Assembly: GCF_009914755.1 (NCBI RefSeq)
Contig: NC_060935.1
Origin: the human T2T-CHM13v2.0 reference genome, Homo sapiens
Strand: one strand, 5' to 3'
Length of the DNA: 64,000 bases
Shown here: in pieces, positions 40,067 through 59,507 of the stretch
Layout: every line of letters begins with the position of its first letter
Numbering within the stretch: the stretch's first letter is position 1
Translations under genes and position numbers: made by a program
Notes under the pieces: generated by a model
The model's database searches: none
What the model was told of the DNA's origin: nothing
What the model saw: the letters and a program-made list of their open reading frames with translations, nothing else

Positions 40067-42162
40067 ATTAGGAACACAGATTTCTTTTTACAAAATCTCA
40101 TTAATGAGGAGGGGACTCAGGCTGTAGGAATTTGGGTGAGTTCTTTGTTTCATGGGATCCGAATGTACTGAATGTACTGCCACTCCCACTCCTCAACATT
40201 TCAGTCAGTGTCTTTTGTCTGTACAGACTGAATGTGACAAACAATTGCTCCTGTCCTTACTAGAAGACAGAGAGGTGGAGTAGCTGAGGCACAGGCCTAC
40301 CTGCTGTTGAGCTTGGGTTATATGGATGTGTCTCATCTCCCTCACTTCCATCTGTCCCTTCACTTCCTAGTTTCTACTTATGTTTCCATTATTCTACTAG
40401 ACACTTCAATTTCCCTGTGATGACCACCAGGTAAGGGAGGATTCCTTTAGGGCGGAGACCATACTGATATTCTGTTTCCTAGACAGGGGTCTCCTATAGG
40501 GTTTCTAGATACCTTACTATAAGAATCCATGAAGTCACCGGGTGATAAAAGAAGACCCTTAGTAGTCGAGGCCTTATGATTCACCACATACAAATCACAT
40601 AAGTGTTTCTACACATTCTCCTCTATTCCATCCTAGCTAGACAGAGGATGAAGAAAGGAAGCTGAATGTGCTTTCACAGGTCTTTGTAGGAAGGCATAAG
40701 GGAAACATAATTAATTTGGGTACAGTTATATTAGTTGTTAAGTTTGTAAAATTTTACCAAACTGGTATTTTTATGACCCTTAAACTCTTCTATATGTATA
40801 GCACATGTCAATATATTTTTAATAAAGAGACAAATCTCCTTCTCTGTTCTGGATGTGTCACTTGGAACTGCTATTGCTATCCTGATACCAGGCTGAGAAT
40901 GAAGCCAACAGAGAGAACAGTGTGAGAAAAATGCAAGCCCGAGAGTCAGAGCTCCATACCACTAAGTTTCTTGCTATTGAATAAATACTTTTCCCCATTT
41001 TTCAGCAACATCCAGGAGAGAGAAATAGAAACTTGATTAACTCACCTTCCTTCCACTCAGAGAACTCAGTGCTGACCATTGATATGTGTTTCACCTCCAC
41101 TGCCCTGGAGGTAGAACTGGTGGTGAAGGTATCTACGTTGACCACATGTAGTCAAAGAATCTTCTTCTCCCTTACCTGGCAAAAGCATTGAGCATAGATC
41201 TCAGAATCTGAATGTTCTGGGAATCATTCTGAGGTGTAGATCAAACTATTTATAAATTTGCCAAGAGGGTTTGTTAGAAAATCAGACTTCACACCAGACC
41301 CACCATGTCCACCGTCATAGAGACATGGCATTTGCTCAAGGCTCATAATTCTTAGACCTGATTACATACCAACAGTAAGTCTCTCTCAGGACCTCCCCTA
41401 CCATGACACACTCTGCAGGGAAGAAATTATATGCCTGTGTTTACAGCCTAACTTGTTGTTGTAGATGTAAACTTTTCATCAGGGATTATACAATCCACAG
41501 GGCATAGGAGAAAGAGCCTCTGCTGTCATGTATAAAGATGTAAACATAAAGATTGTCAGAATTTTTGCTAATTATAATTATCGGCAGTATTAGCTTTAAC
41601 AAGTATGTATGTATAATTTAGTAAAGTTTATTGCTATGCTCATTTTTAATATTGTGAGTCCTTTTAAATAATCCATTTTTAGTTTTGCATACTTTATAGG
41701 CAAAAAGAAAAGAAAAAGAATAAAGAAAAGGATACTTTTAATTGATTTCAGATTTTTTAAATAAAATTTTGTGTAACATAGAATGATCCTTTATTTCATC
41801 AAAATTTAATTATCTTGGGTTGCTCTAACTCAACATGTCTTTGCCTTTAACAGGTTAAAATCAAATCTGTAAGAAAAATCACTAATCATGTGCCCTCATT
41901 TTAAGACAGTATGACTTCAGAATTTCCCGGTAGGTAGGAATTTGTGCTTGTGAGAAGGCATCTATATTTTTTACCTTTTTATTTTAAAATTATTAGAATC
42001 ACAAGAAGTGGCAAAAGTATATGTAGATTCCCTTGGACACTTCACCCAGCTTCCTCACACAGAGACATCTTCCACAACTGTAGGACAATAGCAAAATCAG
42101 GAAACTGACATAGGTTCAATAATGTTAAAGAAACTACAGACCTTATTCAGCAATTTAACATG

Positions 42163-42203
42163 CGTGTGTGTGTGTGTGTGTGTGTGTGTCTGTGTGTGTG
42201 TGT
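42163..42203 (+). repeat. (TG)n microsatellite within an old antisense L1M 3' end (about 41965-42265)
   Basis: About 20 TG units with one TC interruption. Confidence 0.95.
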
Positions 42204-42269
42204 AGATCTATGCAGTTGAATCTTATGTACCTATTTATGTAACAAAAACCTAAGTCAGGATACAGAATT

Positions 42270-42604
<335 letters not shown>

Positions 42605-42916
42605 TAATTCTTAAACAGACTTTTAAGCATTCCATTTGTTCTGCCCCATCCTCACTTCTTCCAGAAATATCTGCTGTCGTGAAATTGTGAGAATGTTGGA
42701 GACTGTGTGTAAATCAGGTGTGTTCTTGGTTTTCCCAGTTCTATCATAGTGTCAGATGTTGTAAGAATGCCAGTGCAGATACTGCTTGTTTATCTACTGT
42801 CTAATTTCCAAAATCTGGGAGTTGTTCTAATTCTACCTTTTTTTTTTGTCCCTGGGAGCGAACACCATTTTTATTTTTATATATTTATTTATTTTTTTCC
42901 CTTCTGATTTGCTTCA

Positions 42917-45065
<2,149 letters not shown>

Positions 45066-45495
45066 TTAAATCCCTTTTCTATCACATTAGTGACTTTGGG
45101 CAAAGAATACAGACAATGCATTGACATTAAGACTGCCATCTTTAACCAGAGTCCTCCAGTTGCATTTCTAGAACAATGCCTAGGAGCACACCAAGCTTAC
45201 AGGAGCCCGGAGATTGGCATTTCAAGCTCCCAGGACTTGACCAGATGTATTCTGCTCAGAGTTGATGATGCATGAGGCCTAAAATCCCATAAATTATCTT
45301 TATTTTAGAGATTCTACTGATTTATTTCATCAAATGACCTTCTTTTTTGCATTTAGGTTATAATTACTGTGAACACAGAAAGTAGGCCCTGCCCATAGGA
45401 TTCCTCAGTCTAATCAGAAATATAACCCAGGAAATTAAAATTGAAACTTGTACCTCCTTTAGTTATTGTTTGCCAATCAGAGTGTGAAATTCTTT

Positions 45496-45789
45496 TTTTT
45501 TTTTTTTTTTGAGATGGAGTCTCGCTCTGTCTCCAGGCTGGAGTGCAGTGGAGTGATCTCGGCTCACTGCAACTCCACCTCCTGGGTTCAAGTGATTCTT
45601 CTCCCTCAGCCTCCCAAGTAGCTGGGATTACAGGTGCGTGCCGCCACGCCTGGCTAATTTTAGTATTTTTAGTAGAGACGGGGTTTCACCGTGTTGGACA
45701 GGATGGTCTCAATCTCTTGACCTCATGATCCGCCTGCCTCGGCCTCCCAAGGTGCTGGGATTATAGGTATAAGCCACTACGCCCAGCCT
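45496..45789 (-). mobile_element. AluSc-like
   Basis: CTCTGTCTCCAGGCTGG and AGGATGGTCTCAATCTCTTGACCTCATGATCCG diagnostics. TSD AAATTCTTT (45487-45495 and 45790-45798). Confidence 0.94.
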
Positions 45790-47023
45790 AAATTCTTTAT
45801 CTACCTTCTCTCATATCACCCTTATGATCACCCTCTGAACCAGACACCCCTATCTCACATATAAGAAATCCAAAACTAAGAGGGATAATCAATTGTTTCA
45901 AAGTCAAAATGCATACTGGTGGAGCAAGTTTTATACTTGGTATCTATGAATGGAAAATTGCTTTATTTAATGACTACACTATGCAGAATTGTGTTATACA
46001 ATGTAGAATGTGCTACTATGCAATCTTTACAAAGTACATTGGGGTTCTTTCCATTTAAGTGATAGGAATAAGACAGCCTACACCAAAAATGTGTGTAAAA
46101 CTGGTAAGTCAAGGATGTGGATGACTTCTTGTATGCTGGACAAAGTAGAATCAAGTCATATCATGAGTGAGTGTGTCTCTTTTCACTTTTCTCCTGCTTA
46201 ATTCTACCAGGGTTTTAATCTTAGATGGGCTCTCACATGTAGTTTTTGAAAAGGAGCCCCCCAGAACTCCTAGGTTTAATTATAACTTCAGGGATAAAAA
46301 TTGATTGTTAAAAATCATTTTGGCAGAGAAAAACTATAGTTACGTTAATATTCCAGACTAATCAGGAAGTTGGACAGCTCTGACACGAGGGTTTGACATG
46401 TGCTAACTGGACAAGTTTATAGTCTATGACATGGACAAGAGAGTCCATAAAAATCACATACAGTGTGTTCCATGTATCAGAAAAGATCCTGCCAAAAAAG
46501 CCAGTAGTATGCTATGCATTTCCTAAAGAGGATATTTAAACAGAGAATTAGTTATACAGATATTGGAAGGGGGAAAGAGCAAAACATTGGCACAGAGAAA
46601 ATATGAAGACTAATAAAGTGTGGAAAATAGCTACCACTCCCAGAACTCGTGGAAAAATAGAAAGGGGATGCATAACCAGATTCTCAAATGTCAGAGAAGC
46701 CCTGTAGGATTGGCGCTTGAATTAATTGAGGTATGGAAATACCCCACAGCTTGTGCTTGGCCCTCTCAAGTAGAGGCTCCACTCAGAGACTGCTGGGACT
46801 AACAAGGAAGGAGACCAACCAGAAGGCCTGATAAATGCTTGACTGGGACAAAGTCTAGGTAATGTAGTGAAAGAGGATAGGCACAAATTCCAGGCAATGC
46901 AATGAGGGGGGATGGAACAGCTGGTAAGGGAGTGCTATCCAGCTATTCACTATACTTCTAAGAGATTACAACAAATTAAGCACATTGGCAGGTGTTTATT
47001 GATTTGCATGTCTTCCTTTAGGA

Positions 47024-47227
47024 CAGGGGTGTCCAATCTTTTGGCTTCCCTAGGCCACATTGGAAGAAGAAGAATTATCTTAGGCCACACATAAAATACA
47101 CTAGCACCAATGATAGCGGATCAGCCTTTAAAAAGTCACCAAAAAATAGCAAAATGTTTTAAGAAAGTTTACGAATTTGTGTTGGGCCATATTCAAAGCC
47201 ATCCTTGGCTTGAGACCCGAAAGCTTG
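47024..47227. mobile_element. MER30 hAT-Charlie element, inside an old antisense L1M (about 46980-47820)
   Basis: CAGGGGTGTCCAATCTTTTGGCTTCCC...AAGAAAGTTTACGAATTTGTGTTGGGCC...AAGCTTG. 8-bp TSD CTTTAGGA/CTTTCGGA. Confidence 0.92.
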
Positions 47228-47832
47228 CTTTCGGATATGTCATTTGAATCATTTGTCTGTTTATTAAATGGTATTTTTTGATATATATTTTAAGTAATGA
47301 GTTGAGATATATATGTGGACACAATACTTTATTGAATATATAGTTACAAATATTTTTCTAGCCTGTGTTTGCCTATGAGAACTTTTCTGATAAATAGATA
47401 ATCTCATTTTAATTAAGTTTATTTGTTTTTTTTTTCCTTTGGGGCTTAGTGCTTTATAGAATAATGCTAAGAAATCTATGCCTGCACCAACACAATTTCA
47501 TATGTTTTCTTCTAGAAGATCCATAGTTTAAGCTTTTTTGTGAATGGTTTTGGTCCATCTTTAGATTAAGTTTTGTGTATAGTGTGAGGTAGAGGTCAAG
47601 GTTTGGTGTTTTCCTTATGGATAGGCAGTACATCCAGCAACAATTGCTTCAAAGCCTTTTCTTTCTCAATGGAATTACTCTGTTCCTTGGTCAACAATCA
47701 ATTGACCGCGTGAGTGAGGCTCTGTTTCTGAATCTGCTATTCTATCTCATAGACTTGTTCACCTGTCTTTATAACTAAACTAATCTGTCTTGATTATCAC
47801 AGCCTTATGCTAATTTTTAAAATCAGCTAATA

Positions 47833-50959
<3,127 letters not shown>

Positions 50960-51585
50960 AATCAGCTAATATAAGTCTGCTTTGTCATTTAGGGTCCCCT
51001 TAGAAGGAGATGTCAAGAAATAGACTTGCAACACATTTTTTGTTATAAATGCCTATTAAGGATAAAACTGAAAGGAGCAAGAGTCAGTGATGAAGGCCTC
51101 AGACCAGGATGAAGGCCTCAGCCGGGATGAAAAGAGAAAGAAATGGAAAGTTCGGGTAGGAAAATCTCAGACCATAGAGCAGTTCTAAAAAGTCTTGGTC
51201 AGGAGGATAGGAAGTCTCTAAGCAAAGATTTCCTATCAGAAAAGATACATGTTAGATGGAAATTGGCCAGCTCTCTTTAAGTCCCACCCACCCTGCTGAG
51301 TCATTGGCTCAGGACATCTCAGAGTAAGAATGTACTCTGCCTAAACACCATGGTGGATCCAAGGAAGTGCAACTATAGACTTTCAGTCAGCCATGCACCC
51401 CACCTATGGGTCTCTTCATGGGGAGCTGAGCTGTTCTTCTCTGGGGCTACCACAGTCCACCTCCAAAAATATAAATTAAACCCCAAATTTGTTCAGATAT
51501 ATAATTGTCGTTATTTTTATATGTTATTAATTATTACTTAAAGTAATACATTTATTGTTGGTGTTAAGCAAGATACTCCAGTTCA

Positions 51586-51968
51586 GCCAGGCACAGTGGC
51601 TCACACCTGTAATCCCAGCACTTTGGGAGGATGAAGCAGGAAGATTGTTTGAGGCCAGGAGTTAAATTTTTTTCTCCAAATATTTAAAAAGTAGGGAGGC
51701 ATGATGGTGTGTGCCTGTACTCCCAGCTACACAGGATGCTGAAGAAGTCCTCTACCTCATGCTATACACAAAAGTTAATCTAAAAATGAACCAAAACCAT
51801 ACAAAAAAAAAAAGCTTAAACTATAGGCTGATGTAGAAGAACCACTTGAGCCCAGGAGGTGGAAGCTGCAATGAGCTGTGATTGAACCACTGCATTCCTG
51901 CCTAGGTGACAGAGTGAGATCCTGTCTCAAAAAAAAGACAAAAACAAAACAAAACAAAACAAAAAAAC
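51586..51968 (+). mobile_element. AluJ-like with the same L1-like insert, tail intact
   Basis: Paralog of 37756-38080 that retains GAGTGAGATCCTGTCTC and a (CAAAA)n tail. Confidence 0.88.
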
Positions 51969-53074
51969 TTCAATTCAACAACTATTTCTTGATTTTACAA
52001 TATATCTGACATTTTAAATACATGAACAGGAAAAGAATTCGACAAAATAAAGGAATTATGAGAAATAACCTTTATATAAAATGTGTTTCACGTCTTGTTG
52101 GTGAGATGATAAAGTTTAAGTAGGCTCACAAAATATTTGTAGAAATATAGTTTATTAAAATTAATATACATTTTTTCATGACAAACCACATTGGATAAGT
52201 AACCATTGTGTAAAATATTTCTGCTAACTTAATGTGCAGTATTTACCTATAACGAGTAAAAAAATAACATTTACAGTAGGAACTACACGCTTTTTTCAAA
52301 ATTTTCAATGCTGTTTTAGATAGCAATGAATGAAAGTTTTATAATGTAAACAATGGACCCACTTATTGGAATCCTGAGGTCCACATGTATTATTTCTCTA
52401 ATCATCCTCTGTAAATGCTGCCTTTGGCAATAAAAGGTGGAGACACACATATTCTCTGCTGTATCAAATGCACTGGACTGATAGAGGTTCTCAGAAGCAA
52501 ACGGCATGTGGTACAAATTTTGCCATTCTCAAAGGGAACAAGAAAAGTCAGAATAATAAAAGGCAAAATGGTGACAATATAGAACAAAAGGACAAGATCA
52601 AGGGGTGCTCATTCTGCTTTAAGCTACCTACCATTTGTAATGGAGACATTTCATCAAATCCAGCTGCCTATATCTGTAACAATGTTGATAAAAATAAGAA
52701 TGCTTCTATCATATTTGGCACTTCTGAGTATAGGTGAGAAAGCCGTGACTTTGACATCTTTATAATTCATGAAATTTACCATATATGTCCAATTAAGAAC
52801 AGCCCAGGAGAGAGGAAGGATATAAAATGATAATGAAAAATATCAGTGCATATGTTCCTTTTACAAAGATGCCATGACCTATTTAGTAAAATTGTGAGAA
52901 GTGCCAGAGATGCAAAACCAAAAAAAGAGACAAGATGATTTCATAAGAGAAATGATAAGACAAGTTTATTAAATCACACATAACACCATCTGTAGAAACA
53001 ACAAAATCTCTTCATGGAACACACTAATAAAAATTTAAAGTTCTTCAATCGTTTTACATTATTACTGCTTCTAA

Positions 53075-54016
53075 TTAGAATATATTTCTTCTCTGAATTT
53101 TAATCAGAGCTTTCCTCAGTGCAACTTTGACATCCTTGTTCCTCAAACTGTAGATGAGAGGATTGAGCATGGGCACCACATTAGTGTAGAAAACAGAAGA
53201 AACTTTTCCCTGCTCCATAGATCCAGAAGAATATTTAATATACATGAATGCCGCTGACCCAAAAAACAGAGACAGAGCAATGACATGAGAGCTACAAGTA
53301 CTGAAGGCTTTTGATCTTCCTTGAGTGGATTTGATATGAAGAATGCTAGTGACAATGAAAACATAAGAAATGAGGATGGTACAACTGGGTACCATGATAT
53401 TAATACCCACAACAATGAGAACAACCACCTCGTTGACATAGGTGCTGGTGCAGGAAAGCTGGAGGAGGGGGAGTATGTCACACAAGTAATGGTTGATGAT
53501 ATTAGCACTGCAGAAGGTGAGTCTAAGCATGCACCCGGTGTGGGCCGTGGCTCCAGCCAATCCCATTATGTAAGCAGCAAAAGTGAGCATAGAACAGACC
53601 TGATGGGACATGGTGACCTTATACAGCAATGGATTACAGATGGCCACATAGCGATCATATGCCATTGAGGTCAACATGTAGCATTCAGAGATGACAAAAA
53701 AGAGAAAGAAAAACAGCTGAGTCATGCACCCAACATAGGAGATAATATTCTTTTTTGATACAAAGTTCATTAGCATTTTGGGAGTGAAAACAGAGGAGTA
53801 ACAGAGATCAATGAAGGAGAGATTGAAGAGGAAATAGTACATTGGTGTGTGGAGGTGAGAATTTAGACCGAAAAGAATGATCAAGCCAAGGTTGCCTACC
53901 ATGGTGACAATGTAGACCACTAGAAACAGGAAAAAGAGGGGTTGCCGGAACTCTGGACGATCTGTTAATCCAGCAAGAATAAATTCAGTCACTAAGGAGT
54001 TGTTTCTAGCCAGCAT
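53075..54016 (-). CDS. OR8B3: Olfactory receptor family 8 subfamily B, 313 aa, intact single-exon ORF
   Basis: Complete OR motifs. The ISYVGCMTQ and GINIM variants match my recollection of OR8B3. Seven amino-acid differences from the copy at 39085. Confidence 0.9.
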   Translation of the reverse strand: MLARNNSLVTEFILAGLTDRPEFRQPLFFLFLVVYIVTMVGNLGLIILFGLNSHLHTPMYYFLFNLSFIDLCYSSVFTPKMLMNFVSKKNIISYVGCMTQLFFFLFFVISECYMLTSMAYDRYVAICNPLLYKVTMSHQVCSMLTFAAYIMGLAGATAHTGCMLRLTFCSANIINHYLCDILPLLQLSCTSTYVNEVVVLIVVGINIMVPSCTILISYVFIVTSILHIKSTQGRSKAFSTCSSHVIALSLFFGSAAFMYIKYSSGSMEQGKVSSVFYTNVVPMLNPLIYSLRNKDVKVALRKALIKIQRRNIF

Positions 54017-54365
54017 TTTTTGTCTTCAAAAATCTGGGAAGACAAAAGAAAATTCTATTAGGAACACAGATTTCTTTTTACAAAATCTCATTAATGAGGA
54101 GGGGACTCAGGCTGTAGGAATTTGGGTGACTTCTTTGTTTCATGGGATCTGAATGTACTGAATGTACTGCCACTCCCACTCCTCAACATTTCAGTCAGTG
54201 TCTTTTGTCTGTACAGACTGAATGTGACAAACAATTGCTCCTGTCCTTACTAGAAGACAGAGAGGTGGAGTAGCTGAGGCACAGGCCTACCTGCTGTTGA
54301 GCTTGGGTTATGTGGATGTGTCTCATCTCCCTCGCTTCCATCTGGCCCTTCACTTCCTAGTTTCT

Positions 54366-54659
<294 letters not shown>

Positions 54660-56531
54660 ACTTCCTAGTTTCTACTTATGTTTCCATTATTCTACTAGAC
54701 ACTTCAGTTTCCTTGTGATGACCACCAGGTAAGGGAGGATTCCTTTAGGGCAGAGACCATACCGATATTCTGTTTCCTAGACAGGGGTCTCCTATAGGGT
54801 TTCTAGATACCTTACTATAAGAATCCATGAAGTCACCAGGTGATAACAGAAGACCCTTAGTAGTCAAAGCCTTATGATTCACCACATACAAATCACATAA
54901 GTGTTTCTACACATTCTCCTCTATTCCATCCTAGCTAGACAGGATGAAGAAAGGAAGCTGAATGTGCTTTCACAGGTCTTTGTAGGAAGGCATAAGAGAA
55001 ACATAATTAATTTGGGTACAGTTATATTAGTTGTTAAGTTTGTAAAATTTTACCAAACTGGTATTTTTATGACCCTTAAACTCTTCTATATGTATAGCAC
55101 ATGTCAATATATTTTTTAATAAAGAGACAAATATCCTTTCCTGGCATTCCTCTGTTCTGGATGTGTCACTTGGAACTGCTATTGCTATCTTGATACCAGG
55201 CTAAGAATGAAGCCAACAGAGAGAACAGTGTGAGAAAAATGCAAGCCCAAGAGTCAGAGCTCCATACCACTAAGTTTCTTGCTATTGAATAGAATACTTT
55301 TCCCCATTTTTCAGCAACATCCAGGAGAGAGAAATAGAAACTTGATTAACTCACCTTCCTTCCACTCAGAGAACTCAGTGCTGACCATTGATATGTGTTT
55401 CACCTCCACTGCCCTGGAGGAAGAAATGGCTGTGAAGGTATCTATGTTGATCAGATGTAGTCACAGAATCTTCTTCTCCCTTGACTGGCAAAAGCATTGA
55501 GCAGAGATCTCAGAATCTGAATGTTCTGGGAATCATTTTGTGGTGTAGATCAAACTATTATTTATAAATTTGCCAAGAGGGTTTGTTGGAAAACTGCACT
55601 TCAAACCAGAGCTACCATGTCATAGAGCACATGGCATTTGCTCAAGGCTTACAATTCTTTTGGACCTGATTACATATCCCCCAGTAAGTCTCTCTCAGGA
55701 CCTCCCCTACCATGACAAACTCTGCAGGGAAGAAATTGTATGCCCTTGTTTACAGCCTAATTTGTTGTAGTAGAGGTAAATTTCTCATCAGGGATTATAC
55801 AATCCACAGGGCATAGGAGAAAGAGCATCTGCTCTCATGTATAAAGATGTAAATGTAATGATTGTCAGAATTTTTGCTAATTATAATCCTAGGTAGTATA
55901 TTAGCTTTAACAGGAATGTAAGTATAATTTAGTGAAGTTTATATGCTCATTTTTAATATTGTGAGTCCTTTTAAATAATCTTTCAAATAATCCATTTTTA
56001 CTTTTGCATACTTCATAGGCATAAAGAAAAGGGATACTTTTAATTGATTTCAGATTTTTTAATAAAAATTTTGTGTAACATAGAATTATCCTTTATTTCA
56101 TAAAAATGTATTTACCTTGGGTTGCTCTAACTCAACATGTCTTTGTCTTTCATGTTAAAATCAAATCCGTAAGAAAAATCACTATTCATGGGCCGTTATT
56201 TCAAGACAGTGTGACTTTAGAATTTCTCTGTAGGTAGGAATTTGTGCTTGTGAGAAGGCATCTATTTTTTTACCTTTTTATTTTAAAATTACTAGAATCA
56301 CAAGAAGTGGCAAAAGTCATACGTAGATTCCCTTGAACTCTTCACCCAGTTTCCTCACATGGCGATGTCTTCCACGACTATAGGACAATAGCAAAACCAG
56401 GAAATTGACATAGGTTCAATAATGTTAACGAAACTACAGACCTTATTCACTAGTTTAACATGCTCGTATGTATGTGTGTGCAAATCTATGCAATTCTATC
56501 CCATGTACATATTTATGTAACCACCACCTAA

Positions 56532-57175
<644 letters not shown>

Positions 57176-57177
57176 TT

Positions 57178-57528
57178 TGTTTTTTTTCTTTTTATTATAC
57201 TTATTTATTTAAAAATATTTGAGACCAGGTCTCACTCTGTCACCCTGGCTGGAGTACAGTGGCACGATCTTGGCTCACGGAAGCCTTGGCCTCCTGGACT
57301 CGAGCAATCCTCTCACCTCTGCCTCCTGAGTAGCTGAGAGTACAGGCGCCTGCTATCACACCCAGCTAATCTTTTTTTATTTTTGTAGAGACAGGGTCTC
57401 ACTGTTTTACAGGCTGGTCTCGAACTCCTGGGCTCAAACAATCCTCCCACCTTGGCCTCCCAAGGTGTAATCTCCCAAGGTGTAATCTCTCACACCTGGG
57501 ATTACAGATGTGAGCCATCACACCCAGC
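57178..57528 (-). mobile_element. AluJ-like
   Basis: GAGACCAGGTCTCACTCTGTCACC...GAACTCCTGGGCTCAAACAATCCTCCCACCTTGGCCTCCC. Confidence 0.9.
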
Positions 57529-57719
57529 GTAATTTTAAAATTTCTATAATTTTATAAGATAATATTCCAAAAATATATATATTCATAGTTATTAATGAAA
57601 ATTTGTACTTTCTTTTGGAACATAAATTCTTTACATCAGGCTTTGTGCTAGAAATAGCTATTTGCAATGCTTTTTCCAGAATTTTTAATGAGTGTATCTC
57701 TAGTTTCTTTTACAGTCAC

Positions 57720-57880
57720 TGTTTTAGTTCACATTGACCTGCTATAAGAGAATACCTAAGACTGGGTAATTTATACAGAATTTTCTTGGCTAATGATTCT
57801 AGAGGTTGGGAAATCCAAGATTGAGGTGTCAGCATCTTGCAAGAGCCTTCTTGCTGTATTATCACATAGGGGAAATGCAA

Positions 57881-57924
<44 letters not shown>

Positions 57925-58104
57925 GAGCTGAACTCATCCTTTTGTAAGAAACCTACTCTTGCTATAAAGGCATTAATTCACGAGGGGAGAACCCTCATGG
58001 CCTAATCACAATCACCTCTTACAGGTCTCGTCTCTTAATACTGCTACAATGGCAATTAAATTTCAAGATGCATTTGGGAGGGGACAAACAATCAAAACAC
58101 AGCA
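57720..58104. mobile_element. MST-type (MSTC/D-like) MaLR solo LTR containing (GA)n at about 57886-57921
   Basis: TGCTATAAGAGAATACCTAAGACTGGGTAATTTATA...CCCTCATGGCCTAATCAC...GGCAATTAAATTTCAA...CACAGCA. Confidence 0.88.
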
Positions 58105-59507
58105 ATCATCATCAATGAGAAATTATATATGAAAAGTGGTAAGAGTTTTCAATAATTTGTACCACCATTTAAAACTTTGCTATTGAAATCAGATTTTAAA
58201 AATATAAGAGTTTTTTTCCTTTCATTGGCGTATTTAATGTTGAATCAGTTTGGAATCAATTTCACTTTTTATTTCAAATATTACAAAATAACAAAGAAGC
58301 TCTAATTTGCAGAAAGTGTATGCATTGTTAGAGTAACCACATTGCAACCAGCTTAGATGCCACCAAAAGGCTCCATCAGCTGCTGTAAGAGAATATATGG
58401 AGAGAAGTATCTGATCTGGGATACTTGGACAGAAGTATCTGATCTAGGGCTTCTGCTTGGAGCAGTGGCCCTAGGATTTCTGGCCTGGTCTCCCACCACC
58501 ACAGAAGGCAGCACCTAAGGCTGAGCACTGTGCTTCTTGGGCACCCAAAACATAAGCTCCACCAGCAGCTCCATAGGCCTCTTGTCCACAATGGTCTCTG
58601 TCCTTCTCTCCATGTGACAGCTGTAGCTGGTGTCCAGGTGGTGAAGTGCCTCTTTGGTCAGGCTGTGAAATAGAACAGTGAGTACCTGACTTGGCCAACT
58701 GTTCTTGCATCTAGGCAAAGCATACCATCAGATACTCTCCACTCTTGCCCTCCTGACAGCATCTTTTTAGGCTCTGTAGCCTCTGTGCCTTTTGCATGTA
58801 TTCTTATAGGGCTTCTACATGAATAAAACTTTCTTCCAATTAAAATTGTATTTATACAGCTGGTATAACAGAAGGATAACAAAGATGTACAACAGTACCC
58901 ATATCTTCAAGAAAGTCACCAATTTGCAGATACAATACTTCCAAATATCCACAAGTTGGTTTTAAAAATGCTTCACATTCTGAAACAGTTCTTCAAATCT
59001 CGAATTATGTTAGTTTTTAAACCTACGTTTGAATGTTTAATCAATTCAGTTTTATGTAAATTATAGCTTTAATTTTAAAAATTGAAAATTTTTGCCAGGA
59101 TGATGAAAAGAGTGGGCCTGTAAAATAAGTCTGTTGATTCACAGCAGAGCCAGGCATTTTGCTGACTTATCCTCCACCAGGGGGTGCTGGTGACACGGAT
59201 ATCATATTCAGACTGCACGGTGCATGCCAAACCTGCGACTCATATTTTACTTTTGTTTGTAGTCATGGATGCTGCAAATCTTTGTTTGTCTTTCGTAAAA
59301 TGTGAAGTTTTTTAAAGATGTGCTCTTGAGCAAAACTTAGATCAAACCATTTTAAGCTATTTAATCAGGCATCTTAATGGATGTAGGCGAGAAAATGATA
59401 GAGGCAGACATGAGGCCTTCAGATTTCTGCATGGTAGAGTAAGAGCTTTAAACAAATCCATTACAATAAGGTAAGTTTACCTAATAAATGTATATAAATG
59501 ATGCTTC

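Noticed and set aside
42860-42916. Possible 3' transduction on the left L1PA3
   Set aside because: A second T-rich run exists, but there is no matching TSD at 45065 to delimit it.
53075-54016. Possible non-reference alleles (R20, R24) in OR8B3
   Set aside because: This rests only on my memory of the reference protein and needs alignment to the reference to be claimed.
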